A stretch of 64,000 bases of DNA from the NCBI GenBank assembly GCA_046485075.1, contig JAWOHR010000063.1, positions 1,521 to 65,520 of the forward strand. The letters are read 5' to 3'. The position numbers and the translations under genes are program-made. The notes below the pieces were generated by a model. That model was not told the origin of the DNA. It searched no databases and was given only the letters and a program-made list of their open reading frames with translations. This DNA comes from Bacteroidales bacterium (GTDB taxonomy: Bacteria; Bacteroidota; Bacteroidia; Bacteroidales; GCA-2748055). Within the stretch, counting starts at the first letter, position 1, and each line of letters begins with the position of its first letter. Shown here piece after piece: positions 33,788-41,082 of the stretch.

Positions 33788-35227
33788 TTAAAGAGTAATG
33801 GGTTCTCCCCGGTAAAAATTAAGAATCTTTATTCTGAAGATAAAATCATACTTTGCCTGGAGAAGATCCGACTGGGTTGCAGTAAGCTGGTTCTTCGAAG
33901 TGTTGAACTCCACTGTATTCACCAATCCCACTTCGAACTTTTTTTCAGTGTATTTGAACGATTCCTCCATGGAAACCAGGGCGCGTTCAGAGGCCCTGAA
34001 TTTCTTTAGTGCCGCAAATGCATCGGCATAGGCCTGTTGAATGGATGCGTAAAGCATCAGCTTTTCGCTCTGGAGTTCCAGTTGTGAATTTTCGAGCGCG
34101 ATACGGGCATTGGCTACGCTGGTATTCACCTGCCAGCCATTGAAAATGGGAATGGATAATCCAAGTCCCACGCCTGCTGATCGGTTGTCAATCAGCTGGT
34201 TAGTAAAGGGATATGCACCAACAGTTGGTACGTTGATCTCAGGCCCATAAACGTTGATTCCGGTAAAGTCAGCCGCTGTGTTTCCGATAATAGGGATAAC
34301 CGGTGTCAACTCAGTTACCTGTTCCCGCAGATCGGAATACCCTGAATTAAAATTGCCGGAAAGGTATAGCTGAGGGGATCGGGCCCCCTTGGCGATATTT
34401 AACTGCTTTTTGGAACTTTCCAGAGAAAACTGTGCTCCCTTGATCTGTGGCATCTCCTGTTCTGCAATCCGGTATACCTCGATCGCGCTCATGACAATGG
34501 GATTTTCATCGGGATCCTCAAGCTGGGGAATGTATACATCAAAGGCTGAATCGATGGGAAGGTCAAGGATCTGTTGCAGGTTCAGCAGAGAAATGGACAA
34601 TTGGTTTTCGGCATTGACAAGATTCAGTTCCTCTCCGGCATACTGTGCCTGGATCTCAAGGAAACTTCCCTCGGCCAGCTTCCCTGCATCTACCATTTTT
34701 CGGGTCCTGTTCACCTGTTGCTCAGTAATCTCAAGCTGATTCTGTGTCACCGAAAGTAGCTCCTTATTGAAAAGGATGGTCAGGTAGGCCGCAGCAATAT
34801 TCAGTGAGATATCATTTTTTATCTTCTCTACATCCTGGTAGCTGGCCATCAGTTTGAGCTCATTTTGTTGAATGGTATTTCTGACTTGCAATCCGTTAAA
34901 GAGGTTTACCGATGTGCTGATCCCCAGGTTGACGGAGTTGATCTGGCTGTTATCGGTATACCGGTAGGTAGTCTGATCCAGTGCACGGCCCCAGGAATAA
35001 TTATAGCCGAGGCTTCCGTTCAGGTTGGGGATCTGGCTTAGCCGGGATTGCTTGAGTAGATTCTCACTGTACTGGGTATTCAGAACAGTCTGTTTGATCT
35101 GAATGTTATTCTCCATGGCATAATTGATGCAATCTTCAAGCGACCAGGAACCGTTGGCGGGTTGCTGGGCTGAAGCGAGGAAGAAAAATGTGAGTAACAG
35201 AAAAGCCAGTAAGATGGATTTTCGCAT
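33788..35227 (-). CDS. TolC family outer-membrane efflux protein
   Basis: Two OEP-type repeats with long helices. The start was moved to MRKSILLAFLLLTFFFLASAQ (a signal peptide). The ORF track start is 35269. Confidence 0.85.
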   Translation of the reverse strand: MRKSILLAFLLLTFFFLASAQQPANGSWSLEDCINYAMENNIQIKQTVLNTQYSENLLKQSRLSQIPNLNGSLGYNYSWGRALDQTTYRYTDNSQINSVNLGISTSVNLFNGLQVRNTIQQNELKLMASYQDVEKIKNDISLNIAAAYLTILFNKELLSVTQNQLEITEQQVNRTRKMVDAGKLAEGSFLEIQAQYAGEELNLVNAENQLSISLLNLQQILDLPIDSAFDVYIPQLEDPDENPIVMSAIEVYRIAEQEMPQIKGAQFSLESSKKQLNIAKGARSPQLYLSGNFNSGYSDLREQVTELTPVIPIIGNTAADFTGINVYGPEINVPTVGAYPFTNQLIDNRSAGVGLGLSIPIFNGWQVNTSVANARIALENSQLELQSEKLMLYASIQQAYADAFAALKKFRASERALVSMEESFKYTEKKFEVGLVNTVEFNTSKNQLTATQSDLLQAKYDFIFRIKILNFYRGEPITL

Positions 35228-35279
35228 TTTATTTGTTTTTTTATAAACGCTAAAGTTAACCATCTGCATTTAATTTTGA

Positions 35280-35936
35280 ATGAATAGAACTGAAAATGTT
35301 ATACAATATGCTGATTTTGGGGAGATAAGGTACATCCGCAATCGCAGGGCAAAGAACATGGCAATCCGGATCGGCCGGAACGGGGATATAAAGGTAACTG
35401 TTCCGGGCTTTGTAAGCCTGAAAAGGGCTGAGTCCTTTGTGTTTTCCAGGGGTGGTTGGATTGTTCAAAAGATCAATGAGCAGAAAAGGCATTCGGTCAC
35501 TGCACTGACGATCAGCGAGGGAGGAGTCCTTACGGTGAGGGGCAGGCAGATCACGGTCAGGTTGAAGGATACAAAAGATACCCTGGAGGAGGCCATCTGG
35601 CGCATACTGCTTAAAGAGGGAGCAGCCTATCTTCCTGGCAGGGTCACGGATCTGGGGCAGATGCACGGGCTGAGATTTTCAGGGGTGAAGGTTCGGAGAA
35701 TGAAATCCCGGTGGGGGAGTTGTACTGCGAGAAACGGGATCAACCTGAACAGCTGGCTGATGATGTTGCCCGAATACCTTTCCGATTACGTGATCCTGCA
35801 CGAACTCGCACATACCCGGCACCGGAACCACGGGCCAGAGTTCTGGGAGTACCTGGACAGGCTCACCGGGGGCAGGTCAAAACAGCTGAGGAAAGAGTTA
35901 AGGAGACAGCAGATTATGTTAATAAACCCCAAATAG
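35280..35936 (+). CDS. YgjP-like (DUF45/M48-type) zinc metallohydrolase
   Basis: MKSRWGSC and the HELAHTRHRNHGPEFW motif. Confidence 0.8.
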   Translation: MNRTENVIQYADFGEIRYIRNRRAKNMAIRIGRNGDIKVTVPGFVSLKRAESFVFSRGGWIVQKINEQKRHSVTALTISEGGVLTVRGRQITVRLKDTKDTLEEAIWRILLKEGAAYLPGRVTDLGQMHGLRFSGVKVRRMKSRWGSCTARNGINLNSWLMMLPEYLSDYVILHELAHTRHRNHGPEFWEYLDRLTGGRSKQLRKELRRQQIMLINPK

Positions 35937-36545
35937 CAGCTCGGCCGTTAGGGTGATGGAATTGAAAGGGTGCTGGGCCCTGATATCCAGGTTAAACGAA
36001 GGATAAATATTCAGAAAAGTATACCTGTCGAGTTGCCTTTGCCACCCGGCTCCAATCCCGAGACTTGTCTTGTAACGCGAATGAATATCCGACCCGGTAA
36101 ATACCAGGTCACCATACTCCTTATTGGAGGCTTTCTGATGAACGGTGAAAAGGGTTTCAAGCGTACCGGTGATTAACACGGCATTTTTTCCCGATTCGTA
36201 GGGCCTGAAATAGATGGTCAGCGGGATCCCTACGTTCTGTTCAGATATGTCAATATTGATTTTGTCATCAGGGCCATAATCCGTGACCCCATAGATGTCG
36301 GGATACTCATACGAGGATGAAGCCCTATAGAGGTAGTCCAGCCCGGCCTTTATAAACCAGTATTCGTATTCCCAGTACACAAAACTGAATCCTCCTCCAA
36401 ACCCGGGCTTAAAAGAGTTCTGCTCGCTTCTGATCCATGAGTAATTTCCCTGCAGATTGCCCCCGAGGTATATATTGATCTGAGCCGCCGCAGTGGAGGC
36501 TGTAAGCAGAAATCCGAAAATATAAATCGCTCTTCTCAGTCTCAT
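35919..36545 (-). CDS. outer-membrane beta-barrel (porin-family/PorT-like) protein
   Basis: A signal peptide (MRLRRAIYIFGFLLTASTAAAQ), alternating beta-strand pattern throughout, and an aromatic C-terminus (LLFGVY). Confidence 0.7.
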   Translation of the reverse strand: MRLRRAIYIFGFLLTASTAAAQINIYLGGNLQGNYSWIRSEQNSFKPGFGGGFSFVYWEYEYWFIKAGLDYLYRASSSYEYPDIYGVTDYGPDDKINIDISEQNVGIPLTIYFRPYESGKNAVLITGTLETLFTVHQKASNKEYGDLVFTGSDIHSRYKTSLGIGAGWQRQLDRYTFLNIYPSFNLDIRAQHPFNSITLTAELLFGVY

Positions 36546-36650
36546 AACAAAGCCATTTATACAAATCTAATACAATAAACCTTTTCATTGCAGAGGAACT
36601 TATCAAACAATCCAACCTAAAGTTTCAGCAGTGTTTGTGCACAATAAACT

Positions 36651-36682
36651 AAAAACGCCCTGTCTATCTGGTAGACAAGGCG
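36651..36682 (-). terminator. Rho-independent terminator downstream of tRNA-Gln
   Basis: The minus strand reads CGCCTTGTCTA-ccaga-TAGACAGGGCG followed by TTTTT. Confidence 0.65.
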
Positions 36683-36698
36683 TTGTAAAAACTATTTG

Positions 36699-36771
36699 TT
36701 GACCCGCCAGGGCTCGAACCTGGACTCTTCTGAACCAAAATCAGACGTGTTGCCAATTACACCACGGGTCA
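36699..36771 (-). tRNA. tRNA-Gln (anticodon TTG)
   Basis: Hand-folded cloverleaf: acceptor TGACCCG/CGGGTCA, D stem GTGT/ACAC, anticodon stem TCTGA/TCAGA with loop TTTTGGT, T arm CCAGG-TTCGAGC-CCTGG. Confidence 0.85.
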
Positions 36772-36815
36772 ATCGGGGTTGCGAAAACCGGGTGCAAATA
36801 TAGTAAATAATCAAT

Positions 36816-38387
36816 CTATTCTGCAACTAATTCCAGCCCTTCTTCGGCCATTTTCCAGGTTTTTCCGGCCATATTCCAATCAGAAAGGTGATCCACATTG
36901 TGAATTCCATCCAGATATTCCCTGGTTTCACGATCGAGTACAACCACTTTGCCCTCAGGGATCCGGATGGTGGTCTCCACTCCCGGGAACCTCCATTTAT
37001 CCTCAGTTCCCACTGAGAAGTATGGATCCAGTTTCAGCATATTCCCCTTTAAATGAAATCCATAATCAATTTTAGCGGCATTCTCTTCAGCCCGTTCCCA
37101 GTTCTTACCTTTGGACTGCTTCTCAATTTCAAGGATAAAGTTGTCACCCCCGGCCCGCTCCAGGTCAATTTTGATCTTACCGTAGAAGGCCTCTGCATCC
37201 TCAAGGAGGAACCATTTTTCATCCAGGTCGATGATCGACTCATCCTCAAGGTACTCCTGCTGATCCGAGTTGATCTTCAAATAGAGGGTGTCCGATCCTG
37301 TATCCAGTTCCTGGGAGATGCTTTTTCGTCCGGTCTCGGAATAGTTGCTGCTTTCGAAGGCCACGATACCCATAATCGAAAAGAGGCAAACCAGCCAGAG
37401 AACCAGCGCTCCCACACCCAGTCCCCGGTTATGGGTCTTAATGTTGAAAATTAATCTGACCAGTGCATAGATCATTGCACCGATGGGAATCAGGATCAAA
37501 AGGGTAACTGCAACAATGAGAAGGGTTACTGAAAAGGGTTCAGTGAAGGGAATGAGTATATCACCAAGGGAAAAATTGTAGGATTCGAACGGGAAAAGGT
37601 GCACTCCGACAAATGGGAGGGTGATAAGTCCGATCAGAATCCCTATACCTGCAATAACCAGGCTGGTGCCAATTATGATCAGGATGACCTTAACGAACAC
37701 CAGAAGAATTTTTCCCAAAACCTCGAAAAAATCGGAAACTCCGCTCTTTGCATTTTTATAGGTTTCAGAACTTTTTGCCCTGGAAATATTCTCTTTTACA
37801 TTCTCTTTGGCGGAATCATACTCCTCACGAATTTTTTTTTCCAGGTTGGAGACATTGACCTTCTCCCCACGCATTTCCAGTTTTTGTGCTGCAGTTTCAG
37901 CTTTGGGGAGCACGATCCAGAGGATCAGGTAAACCAGGATAGATGCTCCGCCGGCAAAGAAGAAAATCACGAAAAGGAGCCGGAAAATAACCGGATCCAT
38001 GTTGAAATATGCTGAAAGTCCACCGCAAACACCACCTATCACCGAATTTTCAGGATCGCGGTAAAGCTTTTTACTGCGGGTGTATGAGTGGTGGAACGAC
38101 CTTTGTTCATCACTCCCTTCACCGGTATCGGCAATATCTTCGGGATTTCCCATGATAGCGATAACCTCGTTTACGATGGTCAGCGTGATTACCTGGTTTT
38201 CAGCCGATACCCGTTCCTGGAATAGCTCGGCAATCCTCGCTTCGATATCATCAATAATCTCTTTACTCTCCTGTTTGTTGGAGAAATACCGGCTGATGGT
38301 GTCCAGGTATGATTTAAGTTTTTCATAGGCATCATCATCGATGTTGAAGATGATCCCGTTCAGATTTATTTTGATCGTTTTCTTCAT
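36816..38387 (-). CDS. PspC domain-containing membrane protein
   Basis: VIGGVCGGLSAYFNMDPVIFRLLFVIFFFAGGASILVYLILWIVLP is the PspC signature. Additional TM helices and a C-terminal extracytoplasmic domain follow. Confidence 0.85.
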   Translation of the reverse strand: MKKTIKINLNGIIFNIDDDAYEKLKSYLDTISRYFSNKQESKEIIDDIEARIAELFQERVSAENQVITLTIVNEVIAIMGNPEDIADTGEGSDEQRSFHHSYTRSKKLYRDPENSVIGGVCGGLSAYFNMDPVIFRLLFVIFFFAGGASILVYLILWIVLPKAETAAQKLEMRGEKVNVSNLEKKIREEYDSAKENVKENISRAKSSETYKNAKSGVSDFFEVLGKILLVFVKVILIIIGTSLVIAGIGILIGLITLPFVGVHLFPFESYNFSLGDILIPFTEPFSVTLLIVAVTLLILIPIGAMIYALVRLIFNIKTHNRGLGVGALVLWLVCLFSIMGIVAFESSNYSETGRKSISQELDTGSDTLYLKINSDQQEYLEDESIIDLDEKWFLLEDAEAFYGKIKIDLERAGGDNFILEIEKQSKGKNWERAEENAAKIDYGFHLKGNMLKLDPYFSVGTEDKWRFPGVETTIRIPEGKVVVLDRETREYLDGIHNVDHLSDWNMAGKTWKMAEEGLELVAE

Positions 38388-38398
38388 GGTATAGGGCT

Positions 38399-38728
38399 TT
38401 ATTGGTAATTCTTGATCGATTCAACCGATTTAATCAGAGAGCTCCATGATGCGTCCATCTCTTTGAGATAAACTTTGCCGATTTCGGTCAGAGCGTAGTA
38501 CTTCCGGGGCGGGCCCTGGGTACTCTCCTCCCAGCGGTAATGGAGCAGGCCGGCATTTTTTTGCCTGGTGAGCAGGGGATAAAGCGTTCCCTCGACAACG
38601 ATCAGGTCGTTCTCTTTCAAAGCGCTGATAATATCAGAGGTATACAGGTCCCGTTTATTTAAAATGGACAGGATACAATACTCTAGTATACCTTTCCGCA
38701 TCTGTGCTTTTGCGTTCTCTATGTTCAT
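38399..38728 (-). CDS. PadR family transcriptional regulator
   Basis: 109 aa. GILEYCILSIL ... YTSDIISAL ... EGTLYPLLTRQKNAGLL is the PadR winged-helix pattern. The gene is upstream of pspC in the same orientation. Confidence 0.85.
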   Translation of the reverse strand: MNIENAKAQMRKGILEYCILSILNKRDLYTSDIISALKENDLIVVEGTLYPLLTRQKNAGLLHYRWEESTQGPPRKYYALTEIGKVYLKEMDASWSSLIKSVESIKNYQ

Positions 38729-38863
38729 TGTTCAGAATTTTAATGCGGTTAAGCAAATACTACTATGTATATCATACTATAGGCCTAAGCAAGCAACATG
38801 TCATAACAAAGATATGATAAAAAAACAATACCATGCAATACATAGTAGTAAAATAATGGAAAA

Positions 38864-38871
38864 TATTTTTG
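38864..38871 (+). promoter_or_regulatory. candidate -7 box (TATTTTTG) upstream of the DUF2797 gene
   Basis: It matches TAnnTTTG and ends 19 nt before the ATG at 38891. Confidence 0.3.
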
Positions 38872-38890
38872 AATTTGTATTTTAGATGTC

Positions 38891-39691
38891 ATGGAAATAA
38901 TTGGAGAGATCAGGAAAATGGAAGTTTCTCAGGGGGATCCTGTGGAGTATCAGCTTCCTTTGGGAAGTGAGAGGATTTCAATGAATCGGCTCATCGGGAG
39001 TCAGATCATCATGACCTTTCTGGGTAAAATTAATTGCGTTCGGTGTGGGAGGGAAACCCGTAAATCGTTTGCGCAGGGTTATTGCTATCCCTGTTTTTCC
39101 ACCGCACCGGAGACAGAAGAGTGTGTTCTGCGCCCCGAACTTTGCAGGGCACATGAGGAAGTAGCCAGGGATATGGACTATGCCAGGGAGCACTGTCTCA
39201 GGGAGCAGGTAGTCTATCTCTCATTAACCAGTGGATTGAAGGTGGGAGTTACCCGTGCTTCCCAAATTCCTGTTCGTTGGATAGACCAGGGAGCAGTAAG
39301 GGCCATTGAACTGGCAAGAGCGCCAAACCGTTTTACGGCCGGCGAAATGGAAGTTTCGCTCAAGGAGCAAATAAACGATAAAACCAATTGGAGAAAAATG
39401 CTCACAGGAGATGAACCCGGGGAGATAAACCTGGTTGAGGAAAAGATGCGGATCGTTCCTATGGTTCCCGACCGTTTAAAACCTTTTGTGACCGGAAACA
39501 ACCTGGTTCATGAATTTATTTACCCCGTGGCGCATTACCCTGAAAAGATCCAAAGCCTCAATTTTGATAAGGAACCTGAAGTGAAAGGTGTACTATCCGG
39601 AATAAAGGGGCAGTATCTTTTATTTGAGGATAACCGGGTTATCAATATGAGGAATTTCGGAGGCTATCAAATCAGGTTCATTGCTGAATAG
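38891..39691 (+). CDS. DUF2797-like protein with a zinc-ribbon motif
   Basis: 266 aa. It contains CVRCGRETRKSFAQGYCYPCF, and the overall pattern (LTSGLKVGVTR ... RWIDQGA) fits DUF2797 as I remember it. Confidence 0.6.
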   Translation: MEIIGEIRKMEVSQGDPVEYQLPLGSERISMNRLIGSQIIMTFLGKINCVRCGRETRKSFAQGYCYPCFSTAPETEECVLRPELCRAHEEVARDMDYAREHCLREQVVYLSLTSGLKVGVTRASQIPVRWIDQGAVRAIELARAPNRFTAGEMEVSLKEQINDKTNWRKMLTGDEPGEINLVEEKMRIVPMVPDRLKPFVTGNNLVHEFIYPVAHYPEKIQSLNFDKEPEVKGVLSGIKGQYLLFEDNRVINMRNFGGYQIRFIAE

Positions 39692-39704
39692 TCCGCCCGG
39701 CAGA

Positions 39705-40685
39705 CTAATCTTCCAGTGTTTTGATCTCCCTGCGAAGGATCTCCCAGGTGGCTTCATCCATTTTTGCGCCGATCATTTCAATGACACGGCCTGAAAGGAT
39801 CGCTCCAATTTTTCCACATGTTTCCAATGGTCTTCCATTAAGGTGGCCGAAGATAAAGCCTGCAGCATAAAGGTCTCCCGCACCTGTGGTATCGATGGGC
39901 CTTGAAGGCCTTACCCCTATTCGGATCATCTCTCCGCCTGAAAAACAGAAAGAGCCTTCGGCTCCCATTTTGATTACTGCCAGATCGACCATACCGCTGA
40001 GTTGGCGGGCACCCTCTTCAGCCGGTTTTCCGCTAAGCGCTTTGATCTCCTCTTCATTGGCAAAAAGAATATCCACATATTTTGTGATCAATTCTTTGAA
40101 AAACTCCCTGTTCTCCTCAACCACATTGTAACTGGCCAGGTCAAGACAAATCTTAAGGTTTGCATGTCGTGCTAGACGCATCGCCTTTTCGATCATTTCA
40201 CGGTTCTGAACAAGGTATCCTTCAATATAAAAGTAATTGTAACCTTCAAAAATATCATGGGTGATATCATTTGCCGATAATTCAACTGCTGCACCCAGAT
40301 GGGTGGCAAAAGTCCGTTCCGTATCGGATGAGATAAGCGCTATGGCACGACCCGTCTCATGCATGGTCCTGAACAGGATGGGGTTGATTTTATTTACCTG
40401 CATGTCCTTTTTGAAGAATCTGCCCATTTCATCATTTCCCACGGTGCCCACAAAACCGGTTTCCACACCCAGGTGGGCCAGGCCGTGAATTGTATTTGCA
40501 GCAGAACCGCCGGAAGCTTTGGATTTAGGCATTCCGGCCGTTTCGGCATGTATGAAATTGGAGGTATCAAAATCCACAAGGGTCATACTGCCTTTGGGCA
40601 ATCCGAGTTCTCCCAGAATCTCGTCATTGTCAATTTGCGTGATAATGTCTACCAGCGCGTTGCCCATACCCAGTACTTTTGCCAT
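39705..40685 (-). CDS. PfkB-family carbohydrate/nucleoside kinase (adenosine kinase-like)
   Basis: MGNALVDI at the N-terminus, GGSAANT, and DTTGAGDLYAAGF (the PfkB signature 2). Confidence 0.85.
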   Translation of the reverse strand: MAKVLGMGNALVDIITQIDNDEILGELGLPKGSMTLVDFDTSNFIHAETAGMPKSKASGGSAANTIHGLAHLGVETGFVGTVGNDEMGRFFKKDMQVNKINPILFRTMHETGRAIALISSDTERTFATHLGAAVELSANDITHDIFEGYNYFYIEGYLVQNREMIEKAMRLARHANLKICLDLASYNVVEENREFFKELITKYVDILFANEEEIKALSGKPAEEGARQLSGMVDLAVIKMGAEGSFCFSGGEMIRIGVRPSRPIDTTGAGDLYAAGFIFGHLNGRPLETCGKIGAILSGRVIEMIGAKMDEATWEILRREIKTLED

Positions 40686-40780
40686 ATGATCAGAGTTTTA
40701 TTGCACGAGATGCAAATATATAATTTATCAGATAGATTGATAATCTTAATAAATGTATTGTTTTATTGGTGAAAAGCTTT

Positions 40781-40788
40781 TATTTTTG
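40781..40788 (+). promoter_or_regulatory. candidate -7 box (TATTTTTG) for tRNA-Asn
   Basis: It matches TAnnTTTG, about 38 nt upstream of the mature tRNA 5' end. Confidence 0.35.
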
Positions 40789-40825
40789 CACCGCTTAACA
40801 GGCACGGTTTAATAGCCGGAATAAT

Positions 40826-40899
40826 TCCTCAGTAGCTCAGTTGGTTAGAGCGGCGGACTGTTAATCCGTAGGTCGTAGGTTCAAGTCCTACCTGAGGAG
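40826..40899 (+). tRNA. tRNA-Asn (anticodon GTT)
   Basis: Acceptor TCCTCAG/CTGAGGA, D arm GCTC-AGTTGGTTA-GAGC, anticodon stem GCGGA/TCCGT with loop CTGTTAA, T arm GTAGG-TTCAAGT-CCTAC. Confidence 0.9.
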
Positions 40900-40905
40900 C
40901 CTGAT

Positions 40906-40936
40906 AAAAAGGCCGGCAATTCCGCCGGCCTTTTTT
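40906..40936 (+). terminator. Rho-independent terminator after tRNA-Asn (A-run/T-run flanked, potentially bidirectional)
   Basis: AAAAA-GGCCGGC-aattcc-GCCGGCC-TTTTTT, with a perfect 7-bp GC stem. Confidence 0.8.
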
Positions 40937-41082
40937 CATGTGTAGTACTCTGCACACTGAATAACTGAAAGCTTCAAATAACCAGGGGGCGGAAAATCAT
41001 CATGAAGTCATCCATGAATTGCATCAGTTATCAAAATAATGCTAAATTCGTATAATATTATTCACTTAATAAATTAACTACT

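Noticed and set aside
35256-35666. A 136-aa minus-strand ORF overlapping the YgjP-like gene and the TolC upstream region.
   Set aside because: It is antisense to a gene with a clear HExxH-type motif, so it is likely spurious.
40714-40745. The inverted repeat TTATCAgatagatTGATAA, located between the kinase gene and tRNA-Asn, as a possible operator.
   Set aside because: It is short and AT-rich, lies in an AT-rich promoter region, and has no regulator to link it to. It could easily arise by chance.
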